From contig NMRA01000550.1 of assembly GCA_002633005.1 (NCBI GenBank), forward strand, positions 122,134-186,133: a stretch of DNA of 64,000 nt, given 5' to 3'. The notes under the pieces are model-generated. The model was not told the origin of the DNA. It searched no databases and saw only the letters and a program-made list of their open reading frames with translations. A program made the position numbers and the translations under genes. Shown one piece after another: positions 40,984 to 52,983 of this stretch (positions are counted from its first letter, which is position 1; each line of letters starts with the position of its first letter). This DNA is from Phoronis australis (lineage: Eukaryota; Animalia; Phoronida).

Positions 40984-41510
40984 GTAAGTAGTCCCCCCCC
41001 CTGATGTGGTCCTGTCCACCCTGACAGTCTGATTCATCAGTGAGAACTATAGCACTATGTAAACAATGTTAATCAATACACAAACAGGGATACTGCCTCT
41101 GTCTCCAGGCTCTGTCAACCTGCTCAAGCTGATGTTACTCCCAACTCCAGGCCATATCCACTCGAAGCAGTCATTTGATATTTGCCTTTACAACGATTTT
41201 GTGAATGCATTCAGTTGTAAAAAAATGAGCCATTGTTCTTTATTGTTTGTTCACTTGTTCAAATCCGTTTGATTTCACAAGGATTTCAGCTAACACTGGG
41301 TTGCTCTGTGTCATTCAATCATTCAATAAAGACTTGTTAAAATAAGATATTGCAGAGTTGTAGTTTCAGCACCTATGCCACCTATGGTCTTGAAGGGACA
41401 TTGCTATTTTTTTACACATATTTGGACTTTTTTGCACTTTATTTTAATCATGCGCAGTATTCATAGGTTGCAGTTATCCCCCATGTTCACTCCAATTATC
41501 TCCCTTGCAG

Positions 41511-41654
41511 GGACATATCCAAGAACCGTCTGCAAACTATAGGTGATGACGTGTTCAGGTTTGCGCCACACCTGCGCCACCTAGACCTCAGTTCCAACAG
41601 ACTACTCCATGTTGAGCAGACGGCATTCAAGAGTCTGGGCGCACTGGAAGTTCT
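41511..41654 (+). CDS. LRIG: LRIG exon 10 (two LRRs, 144 nt)
   Basis: CCCTTGCAG acceptor; DISKNRLQTIGDDVFRFAPHLRHLDLSSNRLLHVEQTAFKSLGALEVL; GTGAGT donor. Confidence 0.92.
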
Positions 41655-42175
41655 GTGAGTAGAGGACTAGTGCTTAGCTATGGCAAAGTCTAGAATACAT
41701 AATTTGATGTTTTGGTGGTTGATGAGGTGCTGTAAGTCTATCTACCAGACACGCAAACGTGCAAAAGCTTGGTGACTATGATAAGTTTATGAAAAGGAAT
41801 AGTTGCTGCTTCTCCCTTTATCTGTGTTCGCTTGTGTCTGCTGATTTACCGTGATGAAAATGTACACTAATTTATTTCTGTATTAAGAAAAATATGACAT
41901 AATTGCAAAGTTGTGACAAAAATGGAGCAGAAATTAATTTGAAAATCAGTTGGTCTTTGTTAGAGAACCAAAGTGTTAGAGTTTGTTCACGTGTGAAGAT
42001 AATTGAGAGGAAATACAGGCATCAGACATGGAAGATATTTATTTGTTGTTGTTGCGGTTATACAAAAAGGACATCATCTCTTCTCACAGTTTTTGTCAGA
42101 ATGTGGGATTGCTATTTTTGGATAACTATTCTATATGAGGATGAAAATTCTACATTGAGCGTCATATCTCCACAG

Positions 42176-42403
42176 TGAGTTGGCTAACAACCATCTGTCC
42201 GCCACAATTGAGGACGATCAGGCATCCACATTTATGGCTCTGCGGTCACTTGAGCAGCTTGGCCTACAGAACAATGGCATTCTGTCTATCAGTGGGCGTG
42301 CCTTCGAGGGTCTCGACAACCTACACCAGCTCCATCTGGAAAGAAACAACATCTCCGACATACAGGAGTCAGCATTTGATGAGTTGATGAACCTAGAAAA
42401 ACT
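42176..42403 (+). CDS. LRIG: LRIG exon 11 (three LRRs)
   Basis: CTCCACAG acceptor; ELANNHLSATIED (LRIG-typical motif)...LGLQNNGILSISGRAFEGLDNLHQLHLERNNISDIQESAF; GTGAGT donor. Confidence 0.93.
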
Positions 42404-43155
42404 GTGAGTAGTCAAAGTACATGCCCAGTATCAGTATCAGTCGCATGGTATCATAGGACGTAATGTAAGCGTCTCCATGGAAATGTAGGACATTTGGCAT
42501 AAATCACTTCACTTACTGACATGAAACTTGTCCACTTATTTTTGGACAAAAATATCGAAATTGCTATTTTTTATTATTCTCAAAGGCCGAGTACCTTGCT
42601 GCAAGTTTTGGGAGCTTAACCAAATATTTTTACTGACGTCTGCACACTGCAAACAATGCTAGCAGTAGGCAAAAAATTTTCCCTAACTAAATGGAATTTC
42701 ACTTACCAGCCATATTATGTGGTGAATAAGTTAAGAATTATCACCCTTTTCTGCTGAAGTGTTAAGGTAGGTGTATACACTGATCAAATCTCCAGGTTCC
42801 TAACTAAAATGAGTAAAAAGGGAGTTTTAACTAGTTAGACATGACTCTGAAAGTGACAAAAATCGAAAAAAAATGTTTTTTTGTAATTCGTTTTTTTAAA
42901 AAATCGTATTTTTTAATTTTCAACAAATCCAATTTTACCTCGAATTTTTTTTCAAAATGCACAGGGATCATCATCAACTATTTCCTTACGCAATATTCTA
43001 CTTATCCATACCAAATATATGTACAAAATCATTATGATCTTGATTTTGTGGCATTTTTTGTGTGTGAGTTGGGGCAAGCACGCCACTTTTTGTCATTTCG
43101 TCACTTTCCGTCTAATAACTAAAAATCTGGTCCATTTATCAAAAAACCCTGGCAC

Positions 43156-43410
43156 NNNNNNNNNNNNNNNNNNNNNNNNNNNNNNNNNNNNNNNNNNNNN
43201 NNNNNNNNNNNNNNNNNNNNNNNNNNNNNNNNNNNNNNNNNNNNNNNNNNNNNNNNNNNNNNNNNNNNNNNNNNNNNNNNNNNNNNNNNNNNNNNNNNNN
43301 NNNNNNNNNNNNNNNNNNNNNNNNNNNNNNNNNNNNNNNNNNNNNNNNNNNNNNNNNNNNNNNNNNNNNNNNNNNNNNNNNNNNNNNNNNNNNNNNNNNN
43401 NNNNNNNNNN
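43156..43410. other. Assembly gap (255 N)
   Basis: Run of N in the sequence. Confidence 0.99.
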
Positions 43411-43563
43411 AGATGGCTGACTCACTACTAGTTATTGGTCTGAATCATCCATTTTCTTTCAAGACGGTCTATTTTGTTAATTTTTGGTGTACTTGACTTC
43501 AGGTCACTGGTCACAAAGTTAAAATTTCGCGTAATACATTATGCACTAATTTGGTCATTGTAG

Positions 43564-43750
43564 GTGATAGTTGATGATGATTTGTACGAGACATCCATCT
43601 TTGCGTCGACCAGTGATGATGAGTTCACCATCTTCACTAGTGTCTTGCGCATCCGCCACGTTGGTGACGAGGTCGCAGGTCGATACCACTGCATTCTGAC
43701 CAATGATTTTGGAGTGGCGTACTCCGACAAGGCCCAGATCGACGTATATG
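43564..43750 (+). CDS. LRIG: LRIG exon: C-terminal half of Ig domain 1
   Basis: TTGTAG acceptor; TSVLRIRHVGDEVAGRYHCILTNDFGVAYSDKAQIDVY; G|GTAAGT donor. Confidence 0.92.
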
Positions 43751-43970
43751 GTAAGTGCTTCTCTTGTCTTGTCTCTGTCATAGCTACTTCACTTAATTAT
43801 GGGCAGTTTCCTTGGTAACTGCAGATTGAACAGTCTGAAAACAGCTGAGGCATTCTTTGGTTTAATAAAGCGAGGACGCCATCTGGTGGTACCATACTAA
43901 GCCAAGTGTGCAGTTTGGCTGAGCTAGGTTCAAAAGTCAAAAGTTGTTTAACAAAGGTTGTTGACCGGAG

Positions 43971-44110
43971 GTTATCCGTTAAATCATTTGTTACTCCATT
44001 TCAAACTAGAGTTGCTAGTTAAAACTTTCTGTCTTTGTTATCCGTTAAATCATTTGTTACTCCATTTCAAACTAGAGTTGCTAGTTAAAACTTTCTGTCT
44101 TTGTCATCCG
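43971..44110. repeat. 66-bp tandem duplication
   Basis: GTTATCCGTTAAATCATTTG... at 43971 and 44037. Confidence 0.95.
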
Positions 44111-45134
44111 TGTGTCAACGTATATACTCTGCTGTTCAATAATGTGTCGACGGTTGAAAGCTGTCAAAGTTAGGTCGATTCTTACCTTTGCGGGCATCGT
44201 TCGATTGTGAGATTTTGTGTTTGTGTGACAAGGTGTCCAGTGGGTGTTATTGGCGTGTTAGCGGACTGGTGTGAACAGCTGGTTATTATCTAACACCTTT
44301 AGCTGGTTTCCATCTGGCTTGAGAATGTGCCAGTTGTCTTTGACAGGTATTGAGCGGTGTACCACCATTCACTGAGACCTTGTGCATACTCTGACTTTGT
44401 TTTCTTTGCCTGCTTTAAGAGTGGATGTGTGACATGCCAACATCTCATAGCACATTGAGCACAGAGTGAGTGAATAGGTGGACCCTGGCATTGTCCAGCC
44501 AACTGTAGAATAACACACACACTGTGTTAACTCTGTGCTATTGATTCAATGGCAGCTTTTGAATGCCCTACAAATCTCACCTCTTAATCTATTCTAAATC
44601 TATTGAGTTAGTATTGTTGCCCTCTGTTGCCGCTCTACCAGGCGCAAACTGTGATTCAGATATGTAAATTGTCAGTGTTACATCATGCCTTTTTATTTAG
44701 TAAGAGTGGTGAATGAGGTAATGTGAATGGTGGAACAATTTGCCCCAGGGGGTGCTGTGATGGCCACTGGTCAAGCTAACTGCCCATTGATTGGATAGGA
44801 AACTCTTGCTTGTTTTGACTGGACATTCAATTGTCCTCAGCATCTGACCAGTGGAGAGGCTTATGCAACTTTCATGTTTTGTTTCATAGTTCATTTGTCG
44901 ATATCTATGACTGACTGACCAAGTGTTAGTCCAGCCTGGTCGCCCCTGAATGGCTGTGTTGAGCCGTGCTATCTATTTCCTGTTATTGATATGTGTCGTT
45001 GACCAAAGGGGCACACCTGTAGTATTGCTATCTGTTGTTCATTTTGCGGAATCCGGTCAGCACATTATAATAAACAAGAAACCTGTTTAGGGGGAATCGA
45101 AATTCTGCTTGGTGTTTATTTTGTAAGGAATGTC

Positions 45135-45194
45135 GTGTGTGTGCGTGTGCGTGTGTGTGTGTGCGTGTGTGTGTGTGTGTGTGTGCGTGTGTGC
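45135..45194. repeat. (GT)n microsatellite with GC interruptions
   Basis: Direct inspection. Confidence 0.95.
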
Positions 45195-46131
45195 AGTTTT
45201 GTCTTGTCATCAGTAGAAATACTTATCAATAAATGGTTGTGTAGCTGTGTCCATTTTCCCAAGTATGGAAACTTGAACTTTCTGTAAGTAATCGTAAAAT
45301 GAGTGTTAAAGGAATGTGCGTCACTCTGTTGCATAGGGCATTTCCTGTTCGAAAACGGAATTTTGCCACTTGGGTTATCCAGTGCACCACGTCAATTGAA
45401 TGTTCTCTGGAATGGCCCAGATATTTTCTGCAGGCTGAGTTTGCAAATGTGTTGATGATAATTAAAAACAGCCAACAAACGCTATTAAAACATCACGCTC
45501 AATCGACAGTGAATGGCATTTTTTTATTAGAGTCTCAGGTTCAGTCAGTTTCAGTCGTGGGTCACACAGTGCATAATCAGGCATACAGATGTATCTGTGT
45601 TGTTTAGGGCTTGCTCTCTTTTTCTGCCTCGGCAAGTTTTTATGGATATCTTGTTTTTGTTGATAGTAATAGCGTTCTTGCTCATCACAATAAAAATATT
45701 CACAACACAGCTATTATTTGTGTGTTTGTGTGTGTCACATTGTGCTGGTTACAGCAGATGTGTCCCCAGACAATAGCGTTATTACTGACTATTTTTGTAG
45801 TTGACCCCAGTGAACAATTAGTGCGGCCACATTGAACTTGGTTGTTCTGACTGTTATGTGTGCATTGTCAGGATGATGCTTTGTGTGCACTATAAATGGT
45901 CATTGTCCCAATGTGAGTCGGAACATTTGTTCTTATTTATAGAACAAACACCACCAGCTCATGCTTTATCGTGTGCACTTCTCAATTTATGCAGTACTTT
46001 GTCTGATTGGAGCAAATTTGGCACCAGAATAGCTTTCTGTACATTTTACTGATAAGTTCGTAAAGGCTGGCTTTTGAACTCTCTGTTCAGTGACATGATG
46101 TGTTTCCTCTTCCCACCCACCTTGGAATTGT

Positions 46132-46628
46132 CAGGGCTTGGAATTTTCCGCGGAAATGTGGATTTCCGCTTTTTTCATATGTTCTGTCCGCGCATTTTAT
46201 TATATTTCCGCGTAAAAAAAAATCGGATTTGATATAAAATTTCCGCGGCAAATTCCTTTCTTACCGCGGCGTTGCAGACGACGTTCACCTCGAAAAGCGG
46301 AAGTTGCTCTTTATGTTTCGGAGGAACCTAAATTGTCAACATTGCCGGGGCATCTGGGATAGCGTGGTGGGATTTTCAATGGCGTCTCGTGTTATTGTAA
46401 ACCGCGGTGACAAATACTACGGCTCTGCAGCCAAAAATCTGTTGGGAGTGGACGGACGAGCTAAAAGGACGCAGACGCATGCTACTGATGGTGGTAACGC
46501 TTTTTTTTTTAGTCCTCCCGATTTTTGTCGGGGAAAGGTTCACATCGACCATTTCAATTCTGGGCAGCACGCATGATTTGGGCCGTAAAAGTTTCCGCAT
46601 TTTTTGTCATTGGTCATTCCAAGCCCTG
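46132..46628 (+). mobile_element. About 500-bp non-autonomous element, CAGGGCTTGGAAT TIR, 6-bp TSD
   Basis: TIR CAGGGCTTGGAAT/ATTCCAAGCCCTG; TSD AATTGT; near-identical inverted copy at 60463-60903. Confidence 0.92.
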
Positions 46629-46872
46629 AATTGTCAATTCAAGAATGAAGTATTGTTACATATTAGCCAGCTGTAAAAGACTTTATTCAAAATCAAATCA
46701 AACAGGATGTCCAGCTATCAAACTTCTCTGCAGGACGCCATTTTAGTGCTACTTATCCAGCAAATTGTATTTTATCACTTTCATCTCCCAGTCTTGGCTG
46801 ATGTTTCAGTATCCTTCAATAGTTAGTTTTTGAAGTCCATTTGGTGTAGAGAATGCATGAAATCTGCTTTTG

Positions 46873-46996
46873 ATTAACATCGTGAATATTAACACCACGA
46901 ATGTAGACATTGTGAATATTAATGTCATGGATATTAACATTATGAATATTAACACGATGAATATTAAAATCATGTAACATCATGAATATTCACATT
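46873..46996. repeat. Degenerate 15-bp tandem repeat (CATGAATATTAACAT-like) abutting the Ig2 acceptor
   Basis: About 8 units ending at CATGAATATTCACATTGCAG. Confidence 0.8.
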
Positions 46997-47000
46997 GCAG

Positions 47001-47279
47001 TGTTTCCTGTCATCACTAAGATCCCTGGACCAATCACAGTAAAGGCTGGTAGCAGTGCGAGACTGGAATGCGCCGCCACAGGTCACCCCAAGCCAGAGGT
47101 CGCGTGGCAAAAGGACGGAGGCAACGGGTTCCCCGCGGCACGAGAACGGCGCCTGGAGATGAAGAATGATGACATGTTTGTGATCAAAGATGTCAACATC
47201 GGCGACCAGGGTGTCTACAGCTGCACAGCAACAAATGCTGCAGGAGTGGTAGTGGCCAATGCCACTCTAACTGTACTAC
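47001..47279 (+). CDS. LRIG: LRIG exon: Ig domain 2
   Basis: TTGCAG acceptor; [32 protein letters not shown] (LRIG hallmark)...[14 protein letters not shown]; GTAAGT donor. Confidence 0.96.
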
Positions 47280-47470
47280 GTAAGTGGAGCCCTCTGTTGG
47301 ACAGTGACCAAATGCCCCCCTCACTCAATGGTGTTAAATTATAAAGGTTTGAACCTACAAATAATTATGTTGAAATATTAGTAGGTATAAGGTATCAAAC
47401 CTTATGAAATATTGGATGTGTTTGAACTGCATCTTTTGAAGAAAGAAATTGATCTGCATGCTGAAATAGA

Positions 47471-47931
47471 AGGCCCTTTCATACTGACTTAACTCCGGTC
47501 TGAGCGGAGCGTCGATGTAAACTGCGAAGTTAACTGAACCTTTTATACTAACTTCGGTAATTAACGGGCATCGAAATAAACGATGACACTCATCATCAAA
47601 ATAATCACAAGGTGGCACTAATGCATCGCTTGCACGCAAAAATGTTTTTAATATGACATTCACATGTGCTAATTGACTAAAACTTTGTTTTTAGTTCTAT
47701 TGGTAATTATTCCAGCAAAATATAAGGAACTGTTAGCGACGACACTGTCCATTAATTGTTGACAATGACAGTGGCCCCTGGTGATAACTTCGATGTGACT
47801 GCTGTTAAATCCACCTGTTTACTGCGAAGTTAACTGGCGCTGTTAACTTCGATCAAGGACCGAAGTTAACCATTCATAGTGACCGCAACTCGTCAAAACA
47901 TCAACGCATCGACGTTAGTGTGAAAGAGTCT
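47471..47931. mobile_element. Non-autonomous TIR element (Harbinger-like)
   Basis: AGGCCCTTTCATACTGAC vs GTTAGTGTGAAAGAGTCT imperfect TIR; repeated CGAAGTTAAC / GTTAACTTCG subterminal motifs. Confidence 0.65.
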
Positions 47932-48041
47932 ACAGAAATTTCATGGAGGACATATAAAAATCATAGGCTATGCTGCCATCACCATTGTCTCAGTTAGCTA
48001 TACCTGTATGGTCATTCACATGTTTGTTTGTGTCCTTACAG

Positions 48042-48244
48042 AGCCACCATCCTTTGTCAGCAAGATGTCCTCAGACAAGTATGTCAAGGTCGGCACCTCG
48101 GCCGTTATCGAATGTCTGTCCTCTGGCAGTCCACCTCCCAAGGTTGTCTGGTTCAAGGACAGCCATCCGTTAAATGTGACCAAGCGTCATTTCTTTGCAC
48201 ACGACAGCCGTGAACTTCTCATCATTGTTGAAACCAAGAAGGAG
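48042..48244 (+). CDS. LRIG: LRIG exon: Ig domain 3, N-terminal part
   Basis: CCTTACAG acceptor; PPSFV...AVIECLSSGSPPPKVVWFKDSHPLNVTKRHFFA..ELLIIVET; GAG|GTGAGG donor. Confidence 0.94.
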
Positions 48245-48970
48245 GTGAGGCATAGTGACACCTGTTGGACATTTGTATAGTATTACGGAGACGTGCTATA
48301 TTCATATCTTTCTGGCACATCAATACTGTATCCGAAAAAATAAAAAGATAAAAATCATGACCATTTATTGTGTTAGATGTGAAAGTTGTGGTGAATTCGT
48401 TCATGCCCCTCTTGGAACTTTAATCTTTAAATTTTACGTTTTTGTTGTTGTGTACATGACCATTTTTTAATTTCCCCCTTGTACTGGGGATTTCCCTGGG
48501 GCCTGATGCCACCTTTTGGCCAAAATGAGCCTCCTATTAGGGTCTGATAGAGAAACAAGCTAGTAATGCTTTTTCATAGTCTTGTGTTGGCGATCACAGT
48601 GCTCTCGTTGAGCCATGGTTTTTAGAGGTGTGTTGTAAAGGTTAGAGTTCACTTTGCATGTAGCTCAACTGTAATTAGAAATAAGTCTTAAAGACACTTC
48701 TGTTGACAAGGGATCAACTTGAAATGCATCTGCGATCCTTCAGAGATTAAAAATGGAGAAAATATTGACATCTTGCCGACATTTTCCACTTGTACCATGC
48801 ATGCAGAACAATCACGAAAGAAACCCATGGGCGCTTTTTCGAATTCTGTTTTCAAAAGGTCCCCCATAAGGTCTTTATTTTGGTACAACTTTCTGAAATC
48901 CCCTGTAGTATTGCAAGAATATTTTGTCATGTTATTTAGATAACACTAATTAGTGTTATTTCTGTTGCAG

Positions 48971-49967
48971 GATCAAGGGACATATATGTGTGAACTTTCC
49001 AACACTCTGGGTAAGACGCGTGGTGAAACTCAGCTGTACATTCAGGACCCAGACAGCGGAATGGTTGGTAATGAAATGCCTGATGCCATGACGACTACGA
49101 CAGGGATCATCGTCATCTCGGTGGTGTGCTGTGTTGTGGGGACGTCCCTCATCTGGGTCATCATCATTTACCAGACGCGCAAGAAAAATGAGGAGTACAG
49201 CACGACGCCAACGGACGACACGACCATACCCGGCGAGGCACAGGATATTGTTGTCCATGGCGACCGAGAACTGAGCACTCACTCCAGTGACCCGTCCAAG
49301 TCGGACCACTTCCTGGAGTACCAGGGGAGTCAGGGTAGCCGGGGTTCACACTCCTCGCAAGAATCTCCGCGCCTCTTCGGCAAAAATGGGAAACTACGAA
49401 CAGCAGCCATTTTTCCCAGTGATGTCAGTGACGATGACCATCACCAGCTTAACTCATCGGAGCACCATTTAGTGCAGAACTCTGAAAACAGTATTGACAG
49501 GCTGTGTCTTGTGCCAAGTGACTCTGGCAGCCTGAGGAGTTGCCATAGCAACCACAGTGGCTCACACAGCGGCTCCATGCCGTTCAGAACTTTTAAGCCA
49601 CACGATGGCAGCACAAACTCTTTGCCTCGTGTAACGGACAACCCGTTGACAAGGTTCGTGGAGACGCATGAGCCGACATCACCGGCTTTAGTCATGGTGC
49701 ACGGACATGCACCATCAAAATGTCATAATAATAACAAGTCAAAAGTTAATGAACACCCTCCACCAGCACGGCATGCTGGCAAACAGTGTTTCTCGTGTAA
49801 TACAACTCCCATAGACTACACACCATGCATGACTTGTAGCAGCTGTCCAAAGTGCCATCTCTTGGGTGATGGAGAGACGTCTAACTGTCGACCACCTGGG
49901 TCGTGGTCAGGTCACCCTCATGAATCATCATCTCACAGTCATCTCTCGCCACACAAGTCGACTCGAG
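48971..49967 (+). CDS. LRIG: LRIG exon: end of Ig3, transmembrane helix and cytoplasmic tail
   Basis: DQGTYMCELSNTLG; TM GIIVISVVCCVVGTSLIWVIIIY followed by the LRIG juxtamembrane motif QTRKKNEEYSTTPTDDT; donor G|GTATGA (read-through stop at 49981). Confidence 0.93.
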
Positions 49968-50667
49968 GTATGACACAATGATTGTTTGCCGCATGGGCGA
50001 AACTCTGTTCGTTGGTTCATCTTCTTGATTTGCATTTCTCTAGAACTTTCTAGCTGTTTGTATACACTGAGGTGTCGATGCCTACTTTCATGAACTAAAT
50101 TTCGACATTTGAAGAAATTTTCCCAAGGTTGAAAATGTCAAAACACAGTTGAAAGCCAAACCTTTTTGAATAACAAGCTGACTGACCAACAAACAGACCA
50201 TTCTATAAATTGAACTCTGAACTTCTCAGTCTTGTCGAGTAATGGTGTCGCCAGTTAATCACAGAGGTCACTGTCATGGCAGTGAGTGGGCGGAACTCTC
50301 TCTAATCCTTTTTACATGTTTCACTTACGCAGTGGTTCACAAAAGTTTGAAAAAGTCCAGGAGTACATCTTAAAAGTTAGATTCTGAATTTACTTTCCGT
50401 AATCCATGTGGAAACTTTTTGCTTAGTCAGCAGATTATGTCAGTATTATTGGCTGACATTTTAAAGTAGACGTTATTAGTTCATATCGCTACAGTAAATT
50501 GATCCGCAGTAAAACTTGCACTTGTCAGTTGTGTTACAAGTCAAATTTTCGTTCACATAAGTCTTCTTTTTTGTTGCTCAGATAAAGTCCCTGTTCTTTC
50601 ATGTAAGTTTTGTTCTTGTTTCTTTTTGTTGTTGTCATGGAAACTAATGAGACTGTATCCTTTGCAG

Positions 50668-50828
50668 ACTACCTGTCCAACATGGTCACGCAGTCACTAC
50701 ATTCACCCCCGTCATCACGTGTACATAACGTCCGTCATCCATCTACCAACCAAAGTGAGTCGCCACTGGCCAGAGGTCACCTGCCTGTCATTCCTGCTTC
50801 AATCCCTGTACCACCGTGTCGAACGTAG
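50668..50828 (+). CDS. LRIG: LRIG probable terminal coding exon
   Basis: CCTTTGCAG acceptor in phase with the previous donor (G|AC = Asp); DYLSNMVTQSLHSPP...PPCRT, stop TAG. Confidence 0.7.
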
Positions 50829-52124
50829 CAGAGCACCTGAAATCAAACAACTTTCTCAGCTAGCCTCATTCTGAAGTAACCTTGACATTACAAAATATGA
50901 CTTAAGTCGCCTTCTTGGCCGTGGAATGTCTTTTCTAATAATACCAATTCTTGATCAACTTAGGCACTTCATGGTACTTGTGAAAGAACTTCGTTCAAGC
51001 TCCAGTCGCACCTAGAGGCTCTATTACTTTACCACGTGGAGTTTGACTGTCTTGTTTATAAAGTGTATACTTTGCCACTTCTTTACTGTTTGAAACTGAT
51101 GTGGCCACTTGACAACATCCTAGGTGTTTCCAAGAAAGATATGATCAGGATTCACTTTACAATTCTGTGTCCAGTTGGTACAATTTGTTTGGGAACATAG
51201 GTCAAAACGTACGTGAATTTGCGACTAGGGCTATGATTGAGCTGCATCAACTGTTTGAAAGACAAAGACTCGTTATTTTGCTACAGGATGAGGCTAGCAT
51301 GGTACTGTATCAATATTACCTCGTATTATGTAAGGATTATTTAATGTGAACATGTGCTAAAACGGGTATTATTTATTTGTATCCTATTGTATGCAAATGT
51401 GATCGTACATTACATGTTAGTGGAGCTGCTGTTAGCAGCAGTCATCTGCTCTGAAAACCTACAAATGCCAAGTATTCTCATTAATGTCGTAGTGGGCATG
51501 CAATCTTGTGGTGCTGCCTGAAAACCTAGCTTGGTTTTTAAATGCATTTCATAGATTTTGTCAACTCTTTGACAGGCACTTCACCCGGGAATGTGTATTG
51601 GCCTGAGTATTTAGTCAGTCCACTGCATAGTTTTTCCTACTTGATAATAGGTGTCACTAGGTCATGTTGCATTAACCTATCTTGTGCAGTAATGCTGCTT
51701 TGGACATACATTTTAGTGCAAGCCAAGATGGGAGTCGCATTTGAGTGCAGTTTGTCTGCCGTTGTGCAATGTTCAAATATCTCCTTACGTTTAGTTTTCA
51801 TTAGCCGCGTCACTGTATTATTTGTAGTTTCATACACTCAACAGCATTGGCAGTGGAATTGGCGTTTTCATGGACTGTTAACTTTTATTTGCGCATCATC
51901 GTAAAGACGGCTCTATTGGCAAGCTGTAAAATGAGACACAAAATCCCCGCATAGTTACCATAGTTACGTGTGATTATTGACCTGAACAAATGGCTGTATG
52001 TCACTATAAGAGATTTTTAGGCATTGTGTAAATAGCATGTGTATTATACATGTATAATTGTGTATAAGTATTATTTATTGTTCTGTTGCAGGAACACCAA
52101 ATTATTTGTACAAATATTTCTTAG

Positions 52125-52130
52125 AATAAA
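52125..52130 (+). terminator. Candidate LRIG polyadenylation signal
   Basis: AATAAA at the end of an AU-rich 3'UTR-like tract, with T-rich sequence downstream. Confidence 0.5.
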
Positions 52131-52904
52131 ATGTTGACATATTATATTAGTTGTAAATTTCTGAATTTTCATCGTTCTTTGAGGCTGTAAACATTTTTTG
52201 TCAGAAATGGTCAATTGCCATATACATTAATCACAACTTGATCACATCTTGACCGCTTGCCCAATTTTTTAAGGATTGGCTTTTGGCGCTTACAAACACA
52301 AGCAACCGTCAACATCAGTTTTTTATGTCTGGTCATAACATTCTCATTGGACACTTGAGGAAGGATATGCTCAATTTTTACAACAGTTACTTAAGTTTAG
52401 TCACAATGCTCTTATGGGAGACTTGGCTACTGGTCACGTGGGACTGTATATAAGTAGCATGTTATGACTTGTTAAAAATACATTGCACGTAATCACATTA
52501 CGTACATTGTAAATTAAGGACACAAAAACTTCCGATGTGCCACCTGCTGCGAAGACTAAGTAACTTCTGGTACACCTAGGTGGCGCGTGTCACCAGTCCC
52601 ACGAGATCAAACCCCATAGCTTCCTGAAAGTTCCATTGAAGCACCTTGAATGGTTGGTCAAAAATCATTTGTAATGCATAAATTGCAGTTGTTCAGTGAT
52701 GGGGGGGTTTACAACTTCATGTTCAAGCTGACCATCAGGAAGGTCGTTCAAGCTTGGACTTCAGTGTTCAAACGGTGAATGGTGAAATGAGCTTATTCAT
52801 AGTCAACTTAGATTAACATTTTTGACAACTATTCTGGAGTGATGTTCAAGCTTATGCAGCAATGGTTACTAATAGCTATAAGGCCGCAAAATTCAAGATT
52901 GGAG

Positions 52905-52983
52905 AAAATGTTAAATACAGGGCTCTCCCAAAATGTTAAATAAAGGGGTCTCCCAAAATGTTAAATAAAGGGGTCTCCCAAAA
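52905..52983. repeat. 25-bp tandem repeat, 3 copies
   Basis: AAAATGTTAAATAAAGGGGTCTCCC at 52905, 52930 and 52955. Confidence 0.92.

Noticed and set aside
43019-43425. ORFs spanning X runs
   Set aside because: Artefact of the N gap.
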